DNA of 64,000 nucleotides. Source: Candidatus Anstonellales archaeon. GTDB taxonomy: Archaea; Micrarchaeota; Micrarchaeia; Anstonellales; J096. The stretch is from NCBI GenBank assembly GCA_038740615.1, contig JAVYLQ010000001.1:13865-77864 (forward strand), read 5' to 3'. The notes beneath the pieces are model-generated. The model saw only the letters and a program-made list of their open reading frames with translations, did not search any database and was not told where the DNA came from. Positions 1 to 9,029 of the stretch are shown piece by piece. Each line of letters begins with the position of its first letter. Position 1 is the stretch's first letter. The translations under genes were made by a program, and so were the position numbers.

Positions 1-399
1 CTTAGAACTTAGATTTTCAATCCTATAAAGATTGGATAGTTTTATGAGCTCACTATCCACATCATTTTTCAATCTATCATATTCTTGGAGATATATATCT
101 ATATCCATCTGCTGTTCCTGAACTTTAGGTGATGGAGTATCCACTATCTTTTGCTCCAACTTTTCCCATTCTCGTTCCACGTTTGCCTTATCTTTAACCT
201 CACTATCCTTGGGTTCGTCTTTTACCTCATCAGTTTTGATAGGCTCTTTTACAACGATCACAGAACCAGATAGAGATACTAATTTCCAGAAAGACTTTAG
301 ATCAGCATCATATAAATCTTGCTCAGTTATTCTGGTGTTTGATCCAACTATCTTAGCATATCGATCTACATATACTGCGGTCTTGAAAAAATCACTCAT
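1..399 (-). CDS. hypothetical hydrophilic protein, partial (runs off left edge; not in ORF track)
   Basis: ATG at 399 overlaps the ATPase stop (ATGAGTGA); frame open to position 1: MSDFFKTAVYVDRYAKIVGSNTRITEQDLY...RIENLSSK. Confidence 0.75.
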   Translation of the reverse strand, partial: MSDFFKTAVYVDRYAKIVGSNTRITEQDLYDADLKSFWKLVSLSGSVIVVKEPIKTDEVKDEPKDSEVKDKANVEREWEKLEQKIVDTPSPKVQEQQMDIDIYLQEYDRLKNDVDSELIKLSNLYRIENLSSK

Positions 400-1870
400 C
401 AAACTCCCACCTTCTATTATTAGCTGCAAATTCAATTATCTCCTCTGGATTCTTGTAATACCTAGATACTAAATAACCAACCCTATCCACATCGAAATAT
501 TCATTGTTCACCATCCAATTTAGAATATGCTCTTTCTCCTTAAGATCTATCATCACCTCCTCCTCTTTCCATCCCAAATACATCTCGAATAGTTCAAAGG
601 TCTTCTTCATTCTCTTTTTCTCATAGGCAGATCTCTTAAAATTCCAGCGATATATTATATTAACCTCTCCATTATCCAACACCTCAGCTATCTCAAAAGT
701 TTTTCTTACATTATTTCTTCTATTCCTCACCTGCACCATTATAGCACCAAGACTATCTAACATCTCCTTAGGCAAATTAATTGGAGGGGTAGTTAATCTG
801 TTTACAGCCTGTGCTGCACTGTCTGCGTGTATCGTTGAATAAACACTGTGTCCAGTTCGCATAGCCTCAAACATAATCTCCGCTTCTCTCTGTCTTCTTA
901 CCTCTCCTACGAGTATTCTGTCTGGTCTCATTCTCAAACTGTTTACTAGTAAATCCAACATACTAACCTCCCCTTTTCCTTCGGGATTTGGTTGCCTAAC
1001 AAGCATTGGAACCCACTGTAAATACTTCGGCAGAGTCAATTCCCTCGTATCTTCTATAGATATTACTCTCTGATTTGCTGGAATGAATTCAGAGATACTA
1101 TTCAATACTGATGTCTTTCCAGATCCAGTTCCCCCAGCTATCAGTACAGATATCTCGTTTTGAACATAGCTCCATATTAGAGCAGCTATCTCTGAACTAA
1201 TTGTACCATTCTTTATCAATCTGGTTATAGACCATGGATTCTTAGAGAATTTCCTTATAGTTATTGTATTCCCCGTGTTTGAGATAGGAAATAGTGTTGC
1301 ATTAACTCTACTACCATCTGGCAAGGTAGCATCTAACAGTGGATTTAGAGTATTTATTTGCCTACCAACTCTTCTAGCTATGGTAGAAGAATAGTTGTAT
1401 ATATCCTCTTCCTTTTTTAATATCAGATTAGTCTTACACCAACCTGCTCTCTTGTGATATACCCAAATAGGCTGATTAGATCCATTAACACATATTTCTT
1501 CTATGTTTTCATCGTAGCTCAAGATCTCCAATTCCCCTAATCCTACTGTAGTTAATAATAGATACTCTGTGAGAATTGTTAGTGATTTTTCATCAATATC
1601 TTTGAAATTTTCCTTGAGAATTTTCTGAGCTACATCTCTATATATCTCTCTAACATATTCGTATTTATTTGGATCTAGAAGGTCTCGTATATCAACGTTG
1701 GCTTTCTTTATCAGATCGTATTTTATCTTATTATCTATTATAACTCTTGTAGCATCGCTTAGTGATGGTATTCTAATCTCATATATCGGTACAAAATCAT
1801 CCTCCGGTTGAGATATGCTTACGTTTATAGGGAATCCTGTTGGACTGACAATAGAATAATCTAATTTCAT
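392..1870 (-). CDS. type IV pilus / secretion ATPase (TadA/CpaF/VirB11 family)
   Basis: Walker A GGTGSGKTS, Asp box IEDTREL, LRMRPDRILVGEVR, His box TGH..STIH. Confidence 0.93.
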   Translation of the reverse strand: MKLDYSIVSPTGFPINVSISQPEDDFVPIYEIRIPSLSDATRVIIDNKIKYDLIKKANVDIRDLLDPNKYEYVREIYRDVAQKILKENFKDIDEKSLTILTEYLLLTTVGLGELEILSYDENIEEICVNGSNQPIWVYHKRAGWCKTNLILKKEEDIYNYSSTIARRVGRQINTLNPLLDATLPDGSRVNATLFPISNTGNTITIRKFSKNPWSITRLIKNGTISSEIAALIWSYVQNEISVLIAGGTGSGKTSVLNSISEFIPANQRVISIEDTRELTLPKYLQWVPMLVRQPNPEGKGEVSMLDLLVNSLRMRPDRILVGEVRRQREAEIMFEAMRTGHSVYSTIHADSAAQAVNRLTTPPINLPKEMLDSLGAIMVQVRNRRNNVRKTFEIAEVLDNGEVNIIYRWNFKRSAYEKKRMKKTFELFEMYLGWKEEEVMIDLKEKEHILNWMVNNEYFDVDRVGYLVSRYYKNPEEIIEFAANNRRWEFDE

Positions 1871-2325
1871 CGTTCTAGTACCACATTTAATATTCCATTT
1901 TTGATGCTCTTATCAACAATCTTGGCCTTATGAAAATCTTCATGAAGAGGGATCTTAATGTTCATCTCATCTGAAACTATATTCAACTTTCCTCTGACGA
2001 TTTCCATATGTAGATCATTGATATCATAATTTTTATTCAACAATACTGTAATGTTCATTCTATTTCCCTCTCTGGATACTTCAAACAGAGGCATATTAAT
2101 GTTCTCTTCTTCAGCAAGCTCTATATTTTTCATATCAAACGATATCCCAAATCCTCTGAACATTCTCTCAATCATCCTATTGAACATCTCCATCTCCCTA
2201 TTGAACCTCTCCATTTCCTCTTTATCAAAATTATTACTAATCTCTATTTTGGGAGGATTGTTGCCGTCTCGTATGATCCTAATGCTAAATTTTCTAACTT
2301 TAAAATTGTCCTTGTCCTCATCCAT
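1867..2325 (-). CDS. small heat-shock (Hsp20/alpha-crystallin-like) protein
   Basis: Met/Phe-rich N-terminal region and C-terminal IKNGILNVVL motif; start moved to ATG 2325, which follows a GGTGAG SD. Confidence 0.7.
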   Translation of the reverse strand: MDEDKDNFKVRKFSIRIIRDGNNPPKIEISNNFDKEEMERFNREMEMFNRMIERMFRGFGISFDMKNIELAEEENINMPLFEVSREGNRMNITVLLNKNYDINDLHMEIVRGKLNIVSDEMNIKIPLHEDFHKAKIVDKSIKNGILNVVLER

Positions 2326-2422
2326 AATATTCTCACCCATTAATATAATACTCATATACGCTTTAAAAGCTTATCAAAACATAAACACACCAGAAAACGC
2401 CTCTAAAATCTAAAGAAACCTA

Positions 2423-2446
2423 TTATTTCTTCTTCTTTTTAGGCAT
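2423..2446 (-). CDS. candidate micro-ORF MPKKKKK
   Basis: AGGTGG SD 7 nt before ATG CCT AAA AAG AAG AAG AAA TAA TAG; TATA-like box at 2483-2490. Confidence 0.35.
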   Translation of the reverse strand: MPKKKKK

Positions 2447-2482
2447 TTTACGCCCACCTAAATATTATATAGGTTTGAAACA

Positions 2483-2490
2483 TTTAAAAA
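2483..2490. promoter_or_regulatory. TATA box, probably bidirectional (fibrillarin / micro-ORF)
   Basis: TTTAAAAA centred about 26 nt before fibrillarin ATG 2512; reads TTTTTAAA on the minus strand. Confidence 0.55.
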
Positions 2491-2511
2491 CATTATGTTC
2501 TCAAATATAGC

Positions 2512-3141
2512 ATGCTACTCAGAATGAATGGGAAAATATATACAAGAAATTTAACCCCTGGCAAATCAGTTTATGGGGAAAAACTGATCAGATTCAATGA
2601 TGTTGAATATAGAGAATGGGACCCATATCGTAGTAAATTAGCTGGTGCTATCGTCAAAGGCCTAAAAACATTCGAATTCAATTCGGAATCAAAAGTTCTG
2701 TATCTAGGGGCATCTACAGGCACCACAATATCACATATATCAGATATATGTGTAGATGGATCTATATATGCAGTAGAGATATCTAAGCGTATGATGATAG
2801 AGTTATTAAAACTAGCTGATGTGAGGGATAATATAATTCCCATATTAGAAGATGCAAATCATCCAGAGAGATATAAAGAGATAGGTGAGGTGGATATAAT
2901 ATATCAAGATGTTGCCCAACCCAATCAATCTGAGATATTTGTAAAGAATATTAGACAGTTCAAGCCTAAAATAGCATATTTATGTCTAAAAACACAGAGT
3001 ATTGATGTATCCGCAGATCCTAAAGAGATATTAGATGAGGAACTGAATAGAATCGGTTATAAGCCTCTGGAGATAATCGATCTGAATCCTTACGATAAAC
3101 ACCATTATTTTCTAGTTTTTAGGATCTCTCTCGAACACTAA
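2512..3141 (+). CDS. flpA: fibrillarin, C/D-box rRNA/tRNA 2'-O-methyltransferase
   Basis: SVYGEKL, YREWDPYRSKL, VLYLGASTGTT.SH, YQDVAQPNQ. Confidence 0.96.
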   Translation: MLLRMNGKIYTRNLTPGKSVYGEKLIRFNDVEYREWDPYRSKLAGAIVKGLKTFEFNSESKVLYLGASTGTTISHISDICVDGSIYAVEISKRMMIELLKLADVRDNIIPILEDANHPERYKEIGEVDIIYQDVAQPNQSEIFVKNIRQFKPKIAYLCLKTQSIDVSADPKEILDEELNRIGYKPLEIIDLNPYDKHHYFLVFRISLEH

Positions 3142-4278
3142 TAACATAGATTTTGTCTGTTCATTTAGAAGAGCCTCTATAAGAGCTGATTTTGGAACGA
3201 GAGAGCTATCAATACCCTTTCCCTCACTTACATATATAAATATATCCTCATCGCTCTCCAAAACATCCAATTCAGAACGATTGTCTGGGTCAATCTGTCT
3301 ATAAACATCTAATCTCCTATTCATAATATCCAACGCCCAAGTTCTAATTTTTCTATCCTCAGCTCTAGACAATTTCCATAGGACCACATCATCTCCAGAA
3401 TTTATAATATCCTCTAAAGTTAGTACCTCATGCTTTAGAGCCCTATATATAAGCTTCCTCAATATAGCCGCTGCCTTCAGAACCTTATTATGGTTGTATA
3501 CATTCTGAAACATCATGTATCTACCTATCAACATGGCCTCTATACTCTTAGAACCTTCGATATGAATTTTCCAACTATTCTGTTCTCTCCAGTTAGGATT
3601 TACCAATAGTATGTTTTTCAATATAAAATCTGTTTCTATAACTCCGTAGGAAGTTCCTGTATAGTATGCATCTCTAACAAGATAATCCAATCTATCTAGA
3701 CCTGCATCAAAACTGATTAGAGGAACCTCTAACAGCTCAAAATCCGAAGGTAATTTCAAATTTTTACCAATATCATCTATAATAAGTTGACTCAGAGCCA
3801 TACCCAGCTGTTCATGAAATTTGTGATTTGGTTTACCATTATTGTCTTTGAGATCTTCGACTTTAACACATTGCTTTTCTCGCTCAAAATGAGCCTTAAT
3901 CTCACCACTATACATCAACCCAAGTACGTGTTCTGCATCATGTGAAAAAGCTACATGACCAACATCATGGAGTAATGCATAGTATCGAGATTGTTGAATC
4001 AGGGCTCTTCTCTCATTTTCAGATAATTTCTGATAATATGTTCTTTTTGTTCTATCTCTGGCTTGCATGATATTCTGAATGTGGAAATACTTCTCTACTA
4101 GACCATAAACCCCTAAGGAATGTTCATATCTTGTATGAGTAGCTCCAGGATATATGAGATATGCTAAAGACAGCTGTTTTATCCTTCTGAGTCTATTCAT
4201 GATAGGATGGTTTAGTAGGTATTTAAACTCTTGTGGAAAATATATCATACCATGTATTGGGTCTTTTATACTGATCAT
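3112..4278 (-). CDS. HD-domain phosphohydrolase (SAMHD1/dNTPase-like)
   Basis: DPIHG, RLRRIKQL, YPGATHTRYEHSLG, LLHDVGH..FSH, DRLDYLVRD. Confidence 0.88.
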   Translation of the reverse strand: MISIKDPIHGMIYFPQEFKYLLNHPIMNRLRRIKQLSLAYLIYPGATHTRYEHSLGVYGLVEKYFHIQNIMQARDRTKRTYYQKLSENERRALIQQSRYYALLHDVGHVAFSHDAEHVLGLMYSGEIKAHFEREKQCVKVEDLKDNNGKPNHKFHEQLGMALSQLIIDDIGKNLKLPSDFELLEVPLISFDAGLDRLDYLVRDAYYTGTSYGVIETDFILKNILLVNPNWREQNSWKIHIEGSKSIEAMLIGRYMMFQNVYNHNKVLKAAAILRKLIYRALKHEVLTLEDIINSGDDVVLWKLSRAEDRKIRTWALDIMNRRLDVYRQIDPDNRSELDVLESDEDIFIYVSEGKGIDSSLVPKSALIEALLNEQTKSMLLVFERDPKN

Positions 4279-4994
4279 ATTCTCTTAAACACATCAGGTT
4301 GCTCTTCCATACATTCCCCTTGATCAGCTAGAATTACTAGTATTATCCTTACCATTTGGCTAGGAAGACCTGTTTTTTCAGAGATCTTATTGATATGGGT
4401 TGGATATTTTATCAACCTAACTATTCTATCTCGATTCTTTTCAAATAGCTCTCTTCTTATTAAGTATAATTGATTATCAATAGGATTCAAAAAAATTATA
4501 AACCTATCTATATCATCTCTCTTCTTTATTATTTCCATATCTGATGCGGAAAATATTCCATATTCTAACTTAGGATCTGTCAGATTCTTAGTATGAGATA
4601 CAATCTTCATAGCTTCATAAATATCCTTAGGTATACTAATATTTCCATTTGGCAATAGTCTTATCAAATTCTTATCTAGAAGACTTTTCAAAATCTTTAG
4701 TTCATTCTGTGATAGTTCCTTCCTCAGATAGTCTAGATTTCTATTTTTATAGAATATCAAAGAGACCTTCCATAGAAGATCTAACTGTTCTGGAGACAAT
4801 TCTTTGAGTAATTTCTCAGATTTTGGACTAAGTTTAGATTTTCCCTTAGTTTCCAAATCTTCAATCGTCTCAATCATCTTGGGTTCAATGCTGGATAGAT
4901 CTTTCTTAACAATAAGTATCACATTATCATTCAGAAAATATGCTTCAAATCCTAAGGCCTTGATTTTGTTAATATAATCATGTATAGTCTCCAT
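4275..4994 (-). CDS. hypothetical protein with probable C-terminal winged helix
   Basis: 239-aa ORF; C-terminal HINKISEKTGLPSQMVRIILVILADQG resembles a wHTH. Confidence 0.6.
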   Translation of the reverse strand: METIHDYINKIKALGFEAYFLNDNVILIVKKDLSSIEPKMIETIEDLETKGKSKLSPKSEKLLKELSPEQLDLLWKVSLIFYKNRNLDYLRKELSQNELKILKSLLDKNLIRLLPNGNISIPKDIYEAMKIVSHTKNLTDPKLEYGIFSASDMEIIKKRDDIDRFIIFLNPIDNQLYLIRRELFEKNRDRIVRLIKYPTHINKISEKTGLPSQMVRIILVILADQGECMEEQPDVFKRI

Positions 4995-5052
4995 ATTTTA
5001 AATATTCCCGCATATAAATTTAAAGTTAATATATAAAATTAAAATTATAAAT

Positions 5053-5102
5053 GTGATGAACACTGGATATTCTGATGTGATGATGAGAAATTTGAGTACT
5101 GA
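5053..5102 (+). ncRNA. archaeal C/D-box guide sRNA
   Basis: C box GTGATGA 5053-5059, 12-nt guide ACACTGGATATT, D' CTGA 5072-5075, C' ATGATGA 5080-5086, 12-nt guide GAAATTTGAGTA, D CTGA 5099-5102; intergenic, with TATA-like sequence upstream. Confidence 0.88.
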
Positions 5103-5107
5103 TGATT

Positions 5108-5209
5108 ATGGGGAGATTAATTAGAGGATTGTTCACAATAATAATCATGCTAATTGCAGAAGGAATTCTAGAATTATTATTTATCGTATTCAGATTCCTA
5201 AAGAGATAA
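5108..5209 (+). CDS. small single-pass membrane protein (33 aa), not in ORF track
   Basis: MGRLIRGLFTIIIMLIAEGILELLFIVFRFLKR*; fills the gap between the sRNA and the convergent mvaD stop. Confidence 0.5.
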   Translation: MGRLIRGLFTIIIMLIAEGILELLFIVFRFLKR

Positions 5210-5210
5210 A

Positions 5211-6362
5211 TCAATCTGATCGTTTCATATTTTCAATATGTTCTAACAATCTCCTACCTTCCTCTTCATCTACTTGTCTTGTACCTTTACCAACTTTGCT
5301 CACACTTATCCTATCATACCCATTATCTCTTAAGACGTTCACTATTTTCTGGACATACTCTTGTGTAGTGAATATGATTGGATTTGGCCCGGCATCAAAA
5401 GAATAAGCTGCTATATTTCTCCCATGATTCTGGTTGAGTTCAATTATCAACTCCGCTACTCTATGGCTAGCATCATTCATATATACTATTCTTGGATAAC
5501 TCCTAAGCATCGATGAGTGTAGTCCATCAGATGCTTTCATAGTCAATTCCCAAACTCTAGGATAATCTTTACTTCTCATAGCACTGATTAGATGAGGTAA
5601 TAGAATATATTCCTCGTATTTAACCCAATCCCAATACAGAGGATCTGTCCTGGTAGTTATCTCCATCCCCTCTCTACTACTAATATTTTTCTTAGCTGAA
5701 TTAACAGTAACGATTATTATTCTTAGATCATCCAGTTCTTCAGCCGGTATTAATGATTCTGCATAGCTACTTTTCAGTATCACATCACGATCAAATCCCA
5801 ACTGAGAGTAGTTTCTGAGTTGGTACATATCAAATCCTCTATACCAAACCACGAATCCTCCTGATGATGGAATGCTTCTAGATGCAGAACCAGATAGCTG
5901 TGCAGCATATATAGATAGAGTTCTCTCATCTAAATTTTGAAACTCTGGAATTACTTTATAGAATGCATATGCTAGCGCAGAGAATCCAGAGGCAGATGAT
6001 GCTAATCCTGCTCCTGTAGGGAAGTCATTCGCAGATCGTATTTTATAATTATATTTATACAAACTACTCAAACCAGATACAATTGCTAGATTTCTAATAA
6101 ACTCTTCCACATTACTCCATTCCTTAGAATTTTGGCTAATCTTCTCCCCATCTAGATAGAATTCAAGTAATTTTCCACTACCATTAGGAATTATGGTAAG
6201 CTCAGTAATAGTTTTGTAGCTATCAGCTATAAGAGATGCTGAAGATTTTGTAGGGTATCTGGGAATATCTAGATCCCCTATTATCTCCTTTGGCATAACT
6301 CCCCAATACTTAACCAGAGCTAGATTGGGATGAGATAATACATAAACGGTCTTCTCAGTCAT
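5211..6362 (-). CDS. mvaD: diphosphomevalonate/phosphomevalonate decarboxylase (GHMP family)
   Basis: HPNLALVKYWG, NDFPTGAGLASSASGF, SGSASRS, SSREGM, FDAGPN with catalytic Asp. Confidence 0.88.
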   Translation of the reverse strand: MTEKTVYVLSHPNLALVKYWGVMPKEIIGDLDIPRYPTKSSASLIADSYKTITELTIIPNGSGKLLEFYLDGEKISQNSKEWSNVEEFIRNLAIVSGLSSLYKYNYKIRSANDFPTGAGLASSASGFSALAYAFYKVIPEFQNLDERTLSIYAAQLSGSASRSIPSSGGFVVWYRGFDMYQLRNYSQLGFDRDVILKSSYAESLIPAEELDDLRIIIVTVNSAKKNISSREGMEITTRTDPLYWDWVKYEEYILLPHLISAMRSKDYPRVWELTMKASDGLHSSMLRSYPRIVYMNDASHRVAELIIELNQNHGRNIAAYSFDAGPNPIIFTTQEYVQKIVNVLRDNGYDRISVSKVGKGTRQVDEEEGRRLLEHIENMKRSD

Positions 6363-6405
6363 GTGTTAGTATTCTATAAATAAGATTATAAAGAGCTATG
6401 TTATA

Positions 6406-6493
6406 TCCCGTCGGAGGGATTTGAACCCCCAACCTCCCGGTAACAACGATTTCCTCACTACAGCCGGGCGCTCTACCGTTGAGCTACGACGGG
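6406..6493 (-). tRNA. tRNA-Tyr(GTA) with 16-nt intron at 37/38 (intron 6442-6457)
   Basis: CCCGTCG/CGACGGG acceptor (C1-G72, A73, archaeal Tyr identity), CCCGG-CTGTAG-[TGAGGAAATCGTTGTT]-A-CCGGG anticodon arm, TTCAAAT T-loop; CCA not encoded. Confidence 0.93.
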
Positions 6494-6549
6494 TCTGTTT
6501 GTTTTATAAGTACATGTTTTTTAAAATCTAACTCTGGATAGATAAACTC

Positions 6550-7632
6550 ATGTTGACTGAGATATATTCAATACTTAAGATAGAAATATTTGGCAATACT
6601 GTTGAACAATATCTCCTATTTTTTATAAGTCTATTTGTCCTGACTACTATATTCAGAATATTCAAAGAGGTGATATTAGTATCTCTAAGGAAAATAGCTG
6701 AAAGATCAACAACGAAATATGATAACTATCTTATAGATGCAATCTCAGAGCTAAAATGGCCATTTTATACTTGGATATCATTACATCTCTCGCTTCAGGT
6801 TCTTACTCTACCCAAATCATTCAGTATTTTCTTAGATATTCTAGCTATTATAATGATAGCTTACTATATATCAAAAGCTCTATTGAAATTCATAGAATTA
6901 GTAATTAAAGATTGGAATTCCAGAGCAGATCCTGAAGATAGAGTTGAGGATAATGTTATAGATCTTGTTGTAAATGTGGTTAGGATTGTTATAATAGTAT
7001 TTGCCATAGTAACAGTACTAACGAATCTGGGGATAGATACAACTGCATTAATAACAGGATTGGGAATTGGGGGTCTTGCAGTTGCATTTGCATTTCAGCG
7101 TATAATGGAGGATATCTTTGCCTTTTTCATGATACATATAGATAAACCTATAAAGAAAGGGGAATTTATAGTTGTGGGGAATTATGCAGGTACTGTTGAG
7201 AGAATTGGACTCAAATCTACCAGATTGAGATCTAGAAGTGGAGAAGAGATTGTAGTATCAAACAAAGATCTATTGAATTCTTGGATCAATAATTTTGGTA
7301 GGATGAGTGAGAGAAGGTATCTACTTAGAATAGGTGTTACGTATGACACTCCTGCCGATAAGTTGGAGAGAATTCCTAAAATACTAGAAGAGGAAATAAT
7401 CCGAGCTAGCAACGAACTGAAGATCAATCGAATTCACTTTGTATCATATGGGGATTTCAGTTTGATATTTGAAGCTTATATTTCAATATATAAGGTTGAT
7501 TATGTAGAATATTTGAATGTAGTTCAACAGATCAATCTGAATATAAAAAGGAGATTTGATCAGGAAGGAATATCATTCGCATTCCCTAGTCAATCTATAT
7601 ATATAGAGAAGATGCCTAAGGAAAAGATTTAA
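6550..7632 (+). CDS. mscS: small-conductance mechanosensitive channel (MscS family)
   Basis: N-terminal TM helices, LGIGGLAVAFAFQ, DKPIKKGEFI, GTVERIGLKSTRL, GISFAFPSQ. Confidence 0.93.
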   Translation: MLTEIYSILKIEIFGNTVEQYLLFFISLFVLTTIFRIFKEVILVSLRKIAERSTTKYDNYLIDAISELKWPFYTWISLHLSLQVLTLPKSFSIFLDILAIIMIAYYISKALLKFIELVIKDWNSRADPEDRVEDNVIDLVVNVVRIVIIVFAIVTVLTNLGIDTTALITGLGIGGLAVAFAFQRIMEDIFAFFMIHIDKPIKKGEFIVVGNYAGTVERIGLKSTRLRSRSGEEIVVSNKDLLNSWINNFGRMSERRYLLRIGVTYDTPADKLERIPKILEEEIIRASNELKINRIHFVSYGDFSLIFEAYISIYKVDYVEYLNVVQQINLNIKRRFDQEGISFAFPSQSIYIEKMPKEKI

Positions 7633-7658
7633 AAATATTTTGTATAAATAGAACAACA

Positions 7659-7771
<113 letters not shown>

Positions 7772-7772
7772 C

Positions 7773-7780
7773 TTTTTAAG
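7773..7780 (+). terminator. oligo-T terminator of 5S rRNA, also positioned as TATA box of the next gene
   Basis: TTTTTAAG directly after the 5S 3' end and about 26 nt before ATG 7802. Confidence 0.45.
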
Positions 7781-7801
7781 ATTATTCTATATAGAACTAT
7801 T

Positions 7802-9016
7802 ATGTTAGGAACTTCTGGAATCAGAGGTAAATACGGGGAAAAGATCACTCCTAGTCTGATCTATAGAGTTTCCAACCAGTTTGCTCAAGATCACAAGAGA
7901 ATCTATATAGGACATGATATAAGAGATAGTTCACCAGCTCTATACTATTCTGCTGTTTCCGGAGCTTTAGCTAGTGGGGCAGAAGTATATATGATTGATA
8001 CCGTGCCAACTGGAATAATGGGATTCAGTTATCCTGGAATTATGATAACTGCTTCACACAATCCCGAAGAGGATAATGGGATCAAGTTTTTCAGAGATGG
8101 AAGAGAAATTACAAAGGAAGAAGGGGAGTTTTTAAACAGAGAGATTATAGAGAGCAAACATGGGATAATTGTTCAGGATTATCAGAACATCATTTATGAG
8201 AGATATCTTGCTGCTCTCGAGGAGAGTTTTGAATTTGATTTCAGCATAGAACCTATAGATCTTAACTCTTCTGCGTATACTTTTTTCAACTACTACATCC
8301 AAAGAACCAGAATAAGATTAAGATTGATAGATAATGTTCCATACTTTTTGAGGAAGAGTGAACCAATTCAACAGAATGTGAAAATCGATAGAGGCTTCAT
8401 GCTAGATGGGGATGGTGATAGAGTAGTTCTAGTTAGAAATGGAAATATAGTTGATGGAGATCGAATGTTTGCAGGTATGGCAAAATATATGAACGAAACT
8501 AGAGGCACAGATGTGTTAGCAGTTACTGTTGAATGTCCTATAGCCATCAAAAATTTCCTAAGCGAATATTACAAAATACACGTTACACCAGTAGGATCTA
8601 ATTATATCTCTAGTATCCTAATGAATTATAAGGATAGAGGATTTGGAGGGGAGCCAAATGGCCATTATATCATACCAAAATTCAATTTGGTTAGTGATGG
8701 AATTGGTGGAATGGCCCTTATCACTGAGATGTTGAAAAGAGAATATCCATTACCAGATATATCCTATAGAGTGATAAGAAAGAAGTATCCTGTATCTGAT
8801 AAAATAGAGACTATGAAAAGAATAAAATCTAAGCTAAACGGTGAATATCTGGAGATTGACGGGATTCTGATAGAAACAGAGGATATTAAAATATTGATTC
8901 GACCTAGTGGTACAGAGAGCATTTTAAGATTAACTGTAGAAGCTCCTCCTGATAAGATAGATGAGATTTTGGATAAATATGAGAGTATAATTCTAGAAAG
9001 TATTAAAAATCCATAG
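7802..9016 (+). CDS. phosphohexomutase (phosphomannomutase/phosphoglucosamine mutase family)
   Basis: GTSGIRG, catalytic TASHNP, DGDGDR, GEPNGH, IRPSGTE; start corrected to ATG 7802 because the track start lies inside the 5S rRNA. Confidence 0.9.
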   Translation: MLGTSGIRGKYGEKITPSLIYRVSNQFAQDHKRIYIGHDIRDSSPALYYSAVSGALASGAEVYMIDTVPTGIMGFSYPGIMITASHNPEEDNGIKFFRDGREITKEEGEFLNREIIESKHGIIVQDYQNIIYERYLAALEESFEFDFSIEPIDLNSSAYTFFNYYIQRTRIRLRLIDNVPYFLRKSEPIQQNVKIDRGFMLDGDGDRVVLVRNGNIVDGDRMFAGMAKYMNETRGTDVLAVTVECPIAIKNFLSEYYKIHVTPVGSNYISSILMNYKDRGFGGEPNGHYIIPKFNLVSDGIGGMALITEMLKREYPLPDISYRVIRKKYPVSDKIETMKRIKSKLNGEYLEIDGILIETEDIKILIRPSGTESILRLTVEAPPDKIDEILDKYESIILESIKNP

Positions 9017-9029
9017 CTGATATTAAAAC

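Noticed and set aside
5026..5214. 62-aa minus-strand ORF after mvaD
   Set aside because: Low-complexity Ile/Asn translation antisense to a clear C/D sRNA and a more plausible plus-strand small ORF; its ATGA overlap with mvaD means it is not fully excluded.
6406..6493. Alternative reading as tRNA-Asn (GTT at the intron 3' end)
   Set aside because: GTT cannot be centred in a 7-nt loop with the CCCGG/CCGGG stem, and C1-G72/A73 are Tyr identity elements.
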